A stretch of DNA of 64,000 nt from Deltaproteobacteria bacterium (lineage in GTDB: Bacteria > Desulfobacterota > RBG-13-43-22). The translations under genes and the position numbers were made by a program. The notes beneath the pieces were generated by a model. It did not search any database and was not told where the DNA came from. It saw nothing but the letters and a program-made list of their open reading frames with translations. Shown here in pieces: positions 45,626 to 54,148 of the stretch. The number at the start of each line of letters is the position of its first letter. Position 1 is the stretch's first letter. The stretch lies in contig JACRBX010000097.1 in the NCBI GenBank assembly GCA_016219225.1, positions 1,106 to 65,105 of the forward strand. Direction: 5' to 3'.

Positions 45626-45721
45626 TCCTGGCAAGCCCCCTTCAGGATTTACAGGAAAAAGATAACCAGAATGCAAAGCCCTTTCCCGGAATCCGCCTGT
45701 TGAAAGACCCCCAAAACGCCT

Positions 45722-45737
45722 TGGCACCAATTATGCT
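45722..45737 (+). promoter_or_regulatory. Sigma-54 (-24/-12) promoter upstream of the tusA-like gene
   Basis: TGGCAC caatta TGCT. GG at 45723-45724 and GC at 45735-45736 are separated by exactly 10 nt. The promoter lies about 50 nt upstream of the tusA-like start, with the divergent sigma-54 activator next door. Confidence 0.7.
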
Positions 45738-45787
45738 ACACCCTAAGTCAACTGTGAAACTTACACCGAAAACCCAAAGGGAGGAAG

Positions 45788-46048
45788 ATGATCATGACCG
45801 AATCGGAATTGACAACCATGCCGATAGCTAACACCGTCGATGCCCGGGGCAGTGCCTGCCCGGGTCCTATTCTGGAAGCCAAAAAGGGGATCGGCAAGGT
45901 CAAGGTAGGGGAGATACTGGAGGTCCTGTCCGGCGACCCGGGAACCCGCACGGATATCCCGGCCTGGGCCGGTAAAGTGGGGCATGACTATTTAGGCATT
46001 TTGGAATCGGACGGCAATGACCGGCTTTTTGTGAGAAGGAAAAAATAG
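45788..46048 (+). CDS. tusA: TusA/SirA-family sulfur carrier protein
   Basis: DARGSACPGPILEAKKG carries the conserved CPxP active-site motif. The size (about 85 aa) fits. The start is ATG 45788 or 45794, after GGGAGG. Confidence 0.85.
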   Translation: MIMTESELTTMPIANTVDARGSACPGPILEAKKGIGKVKVGEILEVLSGDPGTRTDIPAWAGKVGHDYLGILESDGNDRLFVRRKK

Positions 46049-46057
46049 GACGGAACC

Positions 46058-46480
46058 ATGATCCCCAAGGATACAGAAGGGAAGATCCTCATTTTGGCCA
46101 CCGATCATTGCGCTTATCCAGGGGCCAATTCGGTCGGACAGGCCCACAGCCCTTACCCGGCCAACACCTATATCCTCAGGGTGCCTTCTCCGGTGCTCTT
46201 TCCCGAAACCTTTTATCTGGATTGTTTTCAAAAAGGGATCGGGGGCATTCTCATCATGACCTGCGGCCATGAATGCCCCTATCCCGGGGCCTACGACGCC
46301 CTGGCCAAACGAATCGACCGGGTTTACGCCTTAATGAAAAAGAAGGACCTGGATATCCGCCGGCTCCGTTTAACGGCCATCTGTACGGTCTGCAACCGGG
46401 CCTTTCTCAAAGAGGTGAACGAAATGAACAACCTGGTTAAAGGACTGGAGCCAGTGGGCGTAAGGAGCGCTGCCGCTTGA
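46058..46480 (+). CDS. MvhD/FlpD-like protein (methyl-viologen-reducing hydrogenase delta-subunit family), divergent
   Basis: It aligns by eye to MvhD (ILRV..P..F....F..G..G.L...C....C.Y..G), but several canonical Cys positions are substituted. Confidence 0.7.
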   Translation: MIPKDTEGKILILATDHCAYPGANSVGQAHSPYPANTYILRVPSPVLFPETFYLDCFQKGIGGILIMTCGHECPYPGAYDALAKRIDRVYALMKKKDLDIRRLRLTAICTVCNRAFLKEVNEMNNLVKGLEPVGVRSAAA

Positions 46481-46506
46481 GGGAGGAGGCTGGAGGCCGT
46501 TATCTG

Positions 46507-46582
46507 GGAAGGCCACGAAGCCTGAAAATGGTTTATTCCGAACTCCGAACTCTAAACTCCGAACTTTATTTTCATGTTAATC
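46507..46582 (+). repeat. Heptamer-array element (core, array, tail)
   Basis: Core GGAAGGCCACGAAGCCTGAAAAT at 46507-46529. Array TCCGAAC TCCGAAC TCTAAAC TCCGAAC at 46537-46564. Tail TTTATTTTCATGTTAATC at 46565-46582, directly before the RBS of the next gene. Confidence 0.85.
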
Positions 46583-46592
46583 TAAGGAAATT

Positions 46593-47897
46593 ATGGAGCA
46601 TAGAAAATTAAGAACATTTGATACCCTGGTTATCGGCGGCGGTATCGCCGGACTCCAGGCGGCCCTGGATCTGGCCGAACAGGGTTTCAAGGTGGCCATC
46701 GTGGAAAAGGACGCCTCTATCGGTGGGAAGATGATCCGTCTTTCCAAAGTATTTCCCACATTGGACTGTGCCAGTTGCATCACCACGCCCAAAATGGCCG
46801 CCGCCGCCCATCATGAAAATATCACCCTCTTTACCTATTGTGATCTGAAATCTCTGGACCGTCAAAACGGTCTTCTTTCCGCCAGGGTGACCCAAAAGCC
46901 CCGGTATGTGGACCCGGCCAAATGTATCGGCTGCCGGCAGTGCGAATATGGCTGTCCGGTCTATGTGCCCGATGCGGAACAGGGGGGGTTCGGTGCCCGC
47001 AAAGCCATTTATATCCCCTTTTCCAATGCCGTCCCCCAGATTGCTCTGCTGGATGTGGCCAACTGCGCCTTATGCGGCAAATGCGCCAAAATCTGTCCGA
47101 CCCAGGCCGTGGATTATTTGGAGCAGCCCGCGGATTTTGTCATCCAAAGCAAGACGGCGATTCTGGCAACCGGATTTAAGTTGACCCCTTTGAATCAAAA
47201 GGAAGAATACGGCCAGGGTCGGGTTGAAAATGTCATTACCTCCTTGCAGATGGAGCGCCTTCTGGCCCCTCACGGACCGTTCCAGCGGGTCATCCGTCCC
47301 TCCGACGGCAAGGAGCCGGGCTCCATCGCCTTTGTGCAGTGCGCCGGTTCCCGGGATAAAAGTCTGGGGATCCCTTATTGTTCCAGGGTCTGCTGCATGT
47401 ACGCCATCAAGCAGGCCATGCTCCTTTCCGGCGCTCTGCCCATGGCCGATATTACCATTTACTATATGGATATCCGGGCCTTCGGCAAAGGCTATGAACA
47501 GTTCTTTCAAAATGCCCGGGCCATGGGGATCGAGTTTGTCAAAGCCAAGATAGCCAAAATAAAATCCGGTGAAAATCAGAATGTGGTCTTGAGTTATGAA
47601 AATCAGGAAGGGGACGGCGGCCTGATGCATCGGGAACATGATCTGGTTTCCCTTTCCCTGGGGATGGTGCCGGATTGGAACCCCGGAACAGTCTGCCCGG
47701 TGACCATGGGTGACGATGCCTTTATCCAACCCTACAGAGTCCACTTGGCACCGGCCTTGACCAATATGGAAGGGGTTTTTGCCGCCGGGGTGGCCCTGGG
47801 ACCCAAAGATATCGTCGATACCATTGCCGAAGCCGGGGCCGCGGCAATGGAAGCCTCCAACTATTTAACGGCCATGAAAAGAAAAGAGGCGGCTTGA
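46593..47897 (+). CDS. hdrA: HdrA-like FAD/Fe-S oxidoreductase (short, QmoA-sized) with an inserted 2x[4Fe-4S] ferredoxin domain
   Basis: GGGIAGLQAALDLAE FAD motif, FPTLDCASCITTPKM, two CxxCxxCxxxCP motifs, and CAGSRD...YCSRVCCMYA. Confidence 0.85.
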   Translation: MEHRKLRTFDTLVIGGGIAGLQAALDLAEQGFKVAIVEKDASIGGKMIRLSKVFPTLDCASCITTPKMAAAAHHENITLFTYCDLKSLDRQNGLLSARVTQKPRYVDPAKCIGCRQCEYGCPVYVPDAEQGGFGARKAIYIPFSNAVPQIALLDVANCALCGKCAKICPTQAVDYLEQPADFVIQSKTAILATGFKLTPLNQKEEYGQGRVENVITSLQMERLLAPHGPFQRVIRPSDGKEPGSIAFVQCAGSRDKSLGIPYCSRVCCMYAIKQAMLLSGALPMADITIYYMDIRAFGKGYEQFFQNARAMGIEFVKAKIAKIKSGENQNVVLSYENQEGDGGLMHREHDLVSLSLGMVPDWNPGTVCPVTMGDDAFIQPYRVHLAPALTNMEGVFAAGVALGPKDIVDTIAEAGAAAMEASNYLTAMKRKEAA

Positions 47898-47906
47898 TGT
47901 TAATAG

Positions 47907-48016
47907 AATTAGTTAGACATGGCCTGGATTCCCGCCTCCGCCCTTCCCTCCGGCCTGTAAGCCCTACGGGCTGGAAGCGGGGACGGTGTCCCCAACGGGA
48001 CGGAGTCAGGAATGAC
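47907..48016 (+). repeat. GTCATTCC/GGAATCC hairpin-repeat family, long member
   Basis: AATTAGTTAGACATGGCCTGGATTCCCGCC...GGACGGAGTCAGGAATGAC. It is the reverse-complement relative of 22574-22650 and shares its head with 54681-54724. Confidence 0.75.
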
Positions 48017-48057
48017 GAATCTTTACAGTGTCACCAATCGTAGCAGGAGAAAAAGAT

Positions 48058-49964
48058 ATGGCCACTGAAACAGAAAACAGGCCGGAAGAAATGGAAAAAA
48101 AAGTCGGTGTCTATATCTGCCATTGCGGCGGCAATATTTCAGACCATGTGGATGTCCGGCAGTTGGCGGAAAATGCCGGACATCTTTCCGGGGTGGCAAC
48201 GGCCCGGACCAACATGTTCATGTGTTCCGATGCCGGCCAGGAACTGATCCAGGAAGACATAAAAAAGGGTCTGGTCAACCGTATCGTGGTGGCCTCCTCG
48301 CCCCCAGTCTGCATGAAACGACCTTTCGGGGGGCCATCAAACGGGCCGCTATGAACCCCTATCTGTATGAACATGCCAATATACGGGAGCAGGTCAGTTG
48401 GGTCCATCATGGAAAGCAGGCCACCGACAAAGCCACCCGGCTGGTGGCGGCGGCCGTGGCCAAGACGAAAAAGATGGAACCCCTGGACCCGATTCGGGTT
48501 GAAGCCAAAAACCATGCGGTCGTTATCGGAGGCGGGGTGGCCGGATTGCGGGCGGCTGTCGATCTTTCCCGGCGAGGCGTCGAAGTGGCCCTGATAGAAA
48601 AATCCCCCTTTTTGGGTGGCCGGGCGGCCGGCCTGGACAAACTGGTGCCCAGCGGAGAGTCGGCCCCTGAACTGATTCGCCAATTAGTCGGGGAAGTCCT
48701 GGCTGAAAAAAATATTACGATTTATTCCTGTTCCGAGATCGTCAAGGCCGACGGGTATGTGGGAAACTTTAAGCTCACCTTTCAGAGAAGACCTCCCGAA
48801 TTGAATGGGGATCCAACAAAGCAGGCCTTCCCGGATTACAAAAATGCCGCCGTGGGTGCTTTTATCCCCTTTGCCGGATACTTCCCGCAACCCATCCCGG
48901 AAATAACCGAAGAATTCACCCTCCATACCGGGGCCGTCATCCTGGCCACGGGATTTAAATCCTATGACCCCTTACCAGGGGAATATGGTTTCCAGGAACA
49001 CCCGGAAGTCATCACCCTGCCGGAGCTTATCCGGCATATGGCCCGAACCGGCTCTCAAGGGTCTCAACTGGAATTGAACGGCAAAAGGATCGAACGGCTG
49101 GCTATGATTCACTGCGTAGGCAGCCGGCAGATACCGGGTATTCATGAACCCGGTCCGGAAGGCATCCTGAACGAATATTGTTCCAGAACCTGCTGCAGCG
49201 CCACCCTCCAGGCCGCCAGCGTCATCAGGGAAAAATACCCGAAAACAAGGGTCTTTGAATACTACCGGGATATCCGCACCTACGGTCGGGGACAGGAAGA
49301 ATACTATGAACGGGCCTCGAAAAATCAGGTACTCTTTTTGCGTTTCGAGCCGGATGCCCCTCCGGTGATCGAGGCGGCTGCCGGCTCAGGACACCCTTTA
49401 AAGGTGACGGTAAAAGATACCCTGACCTTCGGAGAGGAAATTGAAGCCGAGGTGGATCTGGTGGTCCTGTCCGTAGGCATGGAGCCGAATGATATCTCGG
49501 AACTGGTGGAAATGATGAAACTGCCGGTAGGTTCCGATCGCTTTCTGCTGGAAGTCCATCCCAAGCTCCGTCCGGTGGAAGTGGCCAAGACCGGTGTCTT
49601 ATTGGCCGGGACTTGCCAGGCCCCCATGGATATCAGTGAGGCCTGCAATGCGGCCCAGGCGGCTTCGGTCAAGGCCTCGGCTTTGTTGACCAGGGGGTAT
49701 GTAGAGTTGGATCCTTATGTAGCCCAGGTCGACCTGAGCCGCTGCACCGGCAATGGCCTTTGCGCCGCCGTCTGCCCTACGGAAGGGGCCTTACAAATGA
49801 TGGACAGGGTTGTTGACGGGCAAAAGGTCCGGCGGGCCCGGGTCAACCCGGCCCTTTGCACCGGATGCGGTATCTGCGTGGCCGTCTGTCCTGATAAGGC
49901 CATCGATATCAACGGCTGGAAGCTGGAGCAGTATGAAGCCATGGTGGAAGCCATAGCAGGATAG
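48058..49964 (+). pseudogene. hdrA: HdrA-type oxidoreductase (long form with a C-terminal ferredoxin domain) interrupted by a 1-nt frameshift in a C5 run
   Basis: The N-terminal part is in the frame of ORF 48028 ([18 protein letters not shown]...[10 protein letters not shown]). The rest is in the frame of ORF 48123 (SLHETTFRG...[12 protein letters not shown]...CVGSRQ...YCSRTCC...two CxxCxxCxxxCP motifs). The frames join if CCCCC at 48301-48305 becomes C6. Confidence 0.8.
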
Positions 49965-49965
49965 A

Positions 49966-49993
49966 GTTCGGATTTCGGAATGCGGATTTCGGA
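49966..49993 (+). repeat. Heptamer array (GTTCGGA TTTCGGA ATGCGGA TTTCGGA)
   Basis: Read directly. It lies immediately after the hdrA stop. Confidence 0.7.
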
Positions 49994-50037
49994 ATTAAAA
50001 CGAGTCATGAGGAATAATTCCAAATAGAAGGAAAACC

Positions 50038-50319
50038 ATGAAAGAGATGACCGGCCAGGAGGCCTTAAAAAAGCTTAGAGACGAACGCCAAGTCTGGATA
50101 GAGCAGGCCAAGAGCCTGATAAAAGAACAGAGTTCGATCATAAAAAAAATCAAGGAGCACCTCCAGGGTGATGGCAAAACCGTGCCGGAAATCGCCCGGG
50201 CCACTGGAATCAAAAGCTCAGAGGTCCTTTGGTTTGTTATGGCCCTGAAGAAATACGGCCAGGTGCTCGAGGGTCCGAAAGATGGCGACTATTATAAATA
50301 TGAACTCACCAACCCCTAA
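50038..50319 (+). CDS. Small winged-helix-like protein
   Basis: 93-aa ORF with an RBS-like AGGAA upstream. The central TVPEIARATGIKSSEVLWFVMALKKYGQV segment looks like an HTH/wHTH. Confidence 0.55.
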   Translation: MKEMTGQEALKKLRDERQVWIEQAKSLIKEQSSIIKKIKEHLQGDGKTVPEIARATGIKSSEVLWFVMALKKYGQVLEGPKDGDYYKYELTNP

Positions 50320-50343
50320 CCCGGACAAGCCGGAACCAAAAAA
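50309..50343 (+). repeat. 27-nt motif, variant copy (CCAACCCCTAACCCGGACAAGCCGGAACCAAAAA)
   Basis: Related to 28420-28446 and 63976-64000. It overlaps the stop codon of the wHTH gene. Confidence 0.6.
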
Positions 50344-50408
50344 TTCGTAACAATTTAGCCCTTTGAAAAACTTGAAACTTTTGTTTGAAAATCCCGACTT
50401 TCGCACAC

Positions 50409-50433
50409 GTCATTCCGGTGAAAACCGGAATCC
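50409..50433 (+). repeat. Hairpin repeat GTCATTCCGGTGAAAACCGGAATCC (downstream flank of the intron)
   Basis: It is the exact reverse complement of 52409-52433 and belongs to the GTCATTCC/GGAATCC family. Confidence 0.85.
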
Positions 50434-50461
50434 AGGTGTTATGCTGCGACGAAAAGAACCT

Positions 50462-52408
50462 ATAGGGGTAGGAACGGTGCATTGGTTTGCACCGCCCCTC
50501 CCTCCGAACCGGACTGGCGGATCTCCCGCATCCGGCTCTCCAGTCGGTGGTTATCCTCATGAGGACTGAAGCAAGGCGCGATGGGCATTATAAAGGCTAA
50601 AATACCCAAGGTCCTGAAAGTATTTGTTTGGCCATCGTATGTTGTCCTTGCCCCGGCTAATCCCTTTGCCTTTGCTGTAGCCCCGCAGGATACTTCTGAG
50701 CCTGCGTCTTATCCAGCCGTCCAGTGGCTTGAAGGTCGTCCAATGGCTGTGCTTGAAGTATTCAAACCATCCTACGCTCGTTTTGTTGACCTCATCGATG
50801 ATCTCCGCAATACTGCGGCCATTGCTGCGTTTGGTCTTACGGCGAATGGTGTCTTTGAATTTCTTCATGCTCTTCTTGCGCGGCCAGCGGGTGCCCTTCT
50901 CAAAGTGATAGCCGAGAAAGTCGAAGCTCTGGCCGGCTTGTTGTGTGTTAACCAAACTGGTTTTGTCCGCGTGCAGGGTCAGACCCCGAGCTTGGACCAG
51001 TTCGTTCACCCGCGTCAATGCCGCTTGAGCTTCTGGCTGGCTCTTGCACAGGATGACGAAATCGTCCGCATAGCGAACCATCTCGTATCCCTCCGTCTTC
51101 ATGACCTTGTCCACCTCGTGCAGATAAATGTTGGACAGCAGCGGGCTGATCACCGCCCCTTGTGGCGAGCCCGTTTCCGGCGTCCACAGTTTCAGGTCTT
51201 GCAAAATCTGCTGTTTGAGAAAGCTTTCGATCAATTCCAGTACGCGGCTGTCAGCGATGCGCTGTTGCACCTCTTTCATCAGGCGTTCATGCCCGATGGT
51301 TTCAAAGTAGCTCTTAAGGTCGGCGTCCACTACCCACGTGTTGCCTGCCCTGAGCAATCGCTCGACGCTTCGAAGGGCATCCTTGCACCCTATGCCGGGC
51401 CGGAAGCCAAAGCTGGTGTCCATGAACTCATGCTCGAAGATCGGTTCGATGACCATCTTGAGCGCTGTCTGCACCACTTTGTCCCGCACCGTCGGTATTC
51501 CCAGCGGCCGCTTGTCCTTGCTGCCGGGCTTGTCGATGTAGGTGCGACGTATCGGCCTGGGCCGATATGTACCGGTGCGCAGTTCCTCTTCAAGTTTTGC
51601 CAGGTTCTTCGTCAGTTGCTCCTCAAACTGTTCCAGACTTTGTTGGTCCGATCCTACCGCGCGACCTTTGCCTCTGACCTGTTGCCATGCCTCCAGAAGG
51701 ACTTGGGGCCGGTGTACCTTGTCATTCAGGCTGAACCAAACGCCTCCTTTCACCCCCTTTTCCAGGGCCTCCAGCATACGATCCGTCCATACCGTACGTT
51801 GTACCCAGCTCCATTGACCGGAACGGATTTCTCCTGCTTGCTTAGTCCTTGCGGGCACTGTCGCAGGTTTGTTTTCGCACGCTATGTCCTTCACCTATCC
51901 ACCTTCCTGCGTCCCTTGACTCCACGGGCATTACCCCGCTTCCTTGCTAATATGGACGCTCTGACTCCTGCCCGTACGGCTCTCCGTCTACTTGTTGAGC
52001 AGACTCGATTCCAACCTTTACACAGGCAGGTCTCCCTGGTTCACATGGCGCGACCTTCAATGCATTCCGTCACCAAACACCTGACGCGTCCCGTCATCGC
52101 TTTTGTGCTGCCCGCCCAGCGTGATGGGCTTCCAGGACCATTTCGCTTCCGTGGGACTCGCAGTCGTTCACGGGGTTTATACCAACCTGGGGTAAGCTTT
52201 CGCTCCTGGTCTGGACTTCGCCTCGAATCCGCAGGCTCGTCACTACGTACGGCCGAATCGTGTTCGCACTATTACTACGGACTGCATGTTCGCCTTGGGT
52301 TGCTCCCCACCCCACCTCGCGGTGACGCAGTTACCTTTGGCTACCGGGCTCGGGCATCTCCCGGAGGAGGACTTTCACCTCCCAAATCACGCCTGCTTCC
52401 AGGCGCAC
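50462..52408 (-). mobile_element. Group II intron (about 1.95 kb) encoding an RT/maturase without an endonuclease domain
   Basis: The minus-strand 5' end reads GUGCGCC, starting at 52408. Domain V is GAGCCGGAUGCGGGAGAUCCGCCAGUCCGGUUC (50506-50538). A domain VI helix with a bulged A follows, and the 3' end ...CCCCUAU sits at 50462. The RT ORF lies in the domain IV position. Confidence 0.85.
50557..51894 (-). CDS. Group II intron reverse transcriptase/maturase
   Basis: RT motifs (RPLGIPTVRDKVVQTALKMVIEP, the YADDFVIL catalytic box) and a maturase X-domain-like C-terminus. No HNH/En domain is present. Confidence 0.93.
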   Translation of the reverse strand: MKDIACENKPATVPARTKQAGEIRSGQWSWVQRTVWTDRMLEALEKGVKGGVWFSLNDKVHRPQVLLEAWQQVRGKGRAVGSDQQSLEQFEEQLTKNLAKLEEELRTGTYRPRPIRRTYIDKPGSKDKRPLGIPTVRDKVVQTALKMVIEPIFEHEFMDTSFGFRPGIGCKDALRSVERLLRAGNTWVVDADLKSYFETIGHERLMKEVQQRIADSRVLELIESFLKQQILQDLKLWTPETGSPQGAVISPLLSNIYLHEVDKVMKTEGYEMVRYADDFVILCKSQPEAQAALTRVNELVQARGLTLHADKTSLVNTQQAGQSFDFLGYHFEKGTRWPRKKSMKKFKDTIRRKTKRSNGRSIAEIIDEVNKTSVGWFEYFKHSHWTTFKPLDGWIRRRLRSILRGYSKGKGISRGKDNIRWPNKYFQDLGYFSLYNAHRALLQSS

Positions 52409-52433
52409 GGATTCCGGTTTTCACCGGAATGAC
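52409..52433 (-). repeat. Hairpin repeat GTCATTCCGGTGAAAACCGGAATCC (5' exon side of the intron, minus strand)
   Basis: Exact inverted copy of 50409-50433. The intron starts immediately after ...GGAATCC. Confidence 0.85.
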
Positions 52434-52530
52434 GGAGAGGTTGTCGACGTTTTTTGAAAAAGCTAAACTGATACAAAAAATTCTATCCATTTTGCGTAGA
52501 AATTTATTCCTAAGTTACTAAGGGAGAACG

Positions 52531-53733
52531 ATGATGGCTGACCGGATTGATCCTGATTTGATGACCCAATTAAAAAAGTTCGGCCTGTCCGATGCCACGG
52601 AATGCTTCAATTGCGGCAATTGCACGGCCGTCTGCGCTTTGTCTTCGGAATCCACCCCCTTCCCCAGGAAGGTCATCCGCTATTTGCAGTTGGGCTTAAA
52701 ATCCAAACTGGCCGGGAGCGTGGAACCCTGGCTCTGTTATTACTGCGGCGACTGTTCCAAAACCTGTCCGCGGCAGGCCAATCCGGGGGAAGTCATGATG
52801 GGGCTCCGCCGATTTCTGACTGCATCTTATGACTGGACCGGCATTTCGCGCCTTTTCTATACCTCAAAAATATTTGAAGTCCTGTCGCTTTTGGTGGTAG
52901 CCGCCCTGGTGGGCCTGGGCTTTTATTTCTTTCACGGTCCCATGCTGACCGATCGTGTGGCCTTAAATGTCTTTGCCCCCAACACGACCATTGAGATCCT
53001 GGACCTGATTATGCTGGGCGTCCTGTCTTTTTTCCTCTTGAGCAATGCTTACCGGATGTCAAAAGCCGTTATGGCCGACGGGCCGGCAGCCGGACCGGAG
53101 TCTCGGCCCAAAGGGATATTCGGGATCCCTTTGTTAGTTTATGCCAGGGAGGCCAAGGAATTCATCCTTCAGTTTACGACCCAGAAGAGATTTAACGCTT
53201 GCGGGACCCCCTCGCAAAGGACCCAGTGGCTGGTCCATCTACTGATCATGACCGGATACTCCACCGTCTTTCTGCTGGTGGTGGTGGGCATCCGTTGGTT
53301 TCAACGGGATGAAATCTATCCTTTATGGCACCCCATCCGGTTGCTGGGCTATTATTCCACCTTTGCCATCCTCTACGGTGTCACTTACGCCCTGGTCGGC
53401 AGGATCAGGAAAAGCAAAACCGTTTACCAGCATTCCCATTCATCGGACTGGGTCTTTTTAATCATGCTTTGGCTGACCGCTTTCAGCGGCATCTTGATTC
53501 ACTTTGCCCAGTTGCTGGTTATGCCTCTGACCACCTACTTTATCTATGTCATTCACCTGATGATCGCTGTCCCTATGCTGGTCATTGAAGTCCCTTTTGC
53601 CAAGTGGACCCACCAGCTTTACAGGCCCCTGGTCCTTTATCTGACGAAAGTCAAGGAAAGGGCTCTGCAGGAGGAAACTGAATCCGAAACCATAATAGCC
53701 GTTCCCAAAGCCAATCTGGCGGAAATGGGCTAA
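52531..53733 (+). CDS. QmoC/HmeC-like membrane redox subunit: HdrC-like 2x[4Fe-4S] domain fused to a six-TM cytochrome-b-like (HdrE/NarI-type) domain
   Basis: CFNCGNCTAVC and CYYCGDCSKTCP motifs sit at the N-terminus. Six hydrophobic helices follow, with conserved-looking His residues (HLLIMTGY, ILIHFAQ, VIHLMIA, KWTHQLY). Confidence 0.72.
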   Translation: MMADRIDPDLMTQLKKFGLSDATECFNCGNCTAVCALSSESTPFPRKVIRYLQLGLKSKLAGSVEPWLCYYCGDCSKTCPRQANPGEVMMGLRRFLTASYDWTGISRLFYTSKIFEVLSLLVVAALVGLGFYFFHGPMLTDRVALNVFAPNTTIEILDLIMLGVLSFFLLSNAYRMSKAVMADGPAAGPESRPKGIFGIPLLVYAREAKEFILQFTTQKRFNACGTPSQRTQWLVHLLIMTGYSTVFLLVVVGIRWFQRDEIYPLWHPIRLLGYYSTFAILYGVTYALVGRIRKSKTVYQHSHSSDWVFLIMLWLTAFSGILIHFAQLLVMPLTTYFIYVIHLMIAVPMLVIEVPFAKWTHQLYRPLVLYLTKVKERALQEETESETIIAVPKANLAEMG

Positions 53734-53758
53734 CCGAATCAACAAAGGAGAAACACCA

Positions 53759-54133
53759 ATGGCGGAAAAAGAAGAAAAAGTCCTGTTTATCTGCACCCAC
53801 GCCGGGGATGATCCGGAAAAGGCGGCCATGCCTTTTGTCATGGCCTGCGCGGCCCTGGCCATGGACGTCAAGGCCCTGGTGGTTTTGCAGGGCGAGGGCG
53901 TTTTCCTGGCTAAAAAAGGCTACTGCGAAACCCTGGCTAAACCGGGAGGCTTTGAATCCCTGACCAAACTGATTGCTGATTTTCTGGAATTGGGAGGGGA
54001 ACTGAAGGTCTGTGTCCCCTGTATCAGGATCCGTAATATTGCCGAATCCGATCTGATTGATAAGACCGGGACAACGGCTGCCGGCCAACTCATCACCGAA
54101 TCGCTCAAGGCCAACGCCGTCTTTACCTATTAA
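53759..54133 (+). CDS. DsrE/DsrF-like family sulfur-relay protein
   Basis: The VLFICTHAGDDPEKAAMPFVMA N-terminus is typical of DsrE-like proteins. A Cys pair (CVPC) sits near the C-terminal third. The protein is 124 aa. Confidence 0.72.
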   Translation: MAEKEEKVLFICTHAGDDPEKAAMPFVMACAALAMDVKALVVLQGEGVFLAKKGYCETLAKPGGFESLTKLIADFLELGGELKVCVPCIRIRNIAESDLIDKTGTTAAGQLITESLKANAVFTY

Positions 54134-54148
54134 GCCTTCAGGTTCTGT

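Noticed and set aside
48298-48354. Selenocysteine recoding in hdrA as an explanation for the interrupted frame.
   Set aside because: The interruption is a change of reading frame, not an in-frame TGA. The TGA at 48352-48354 is reached only in the wrong frame.
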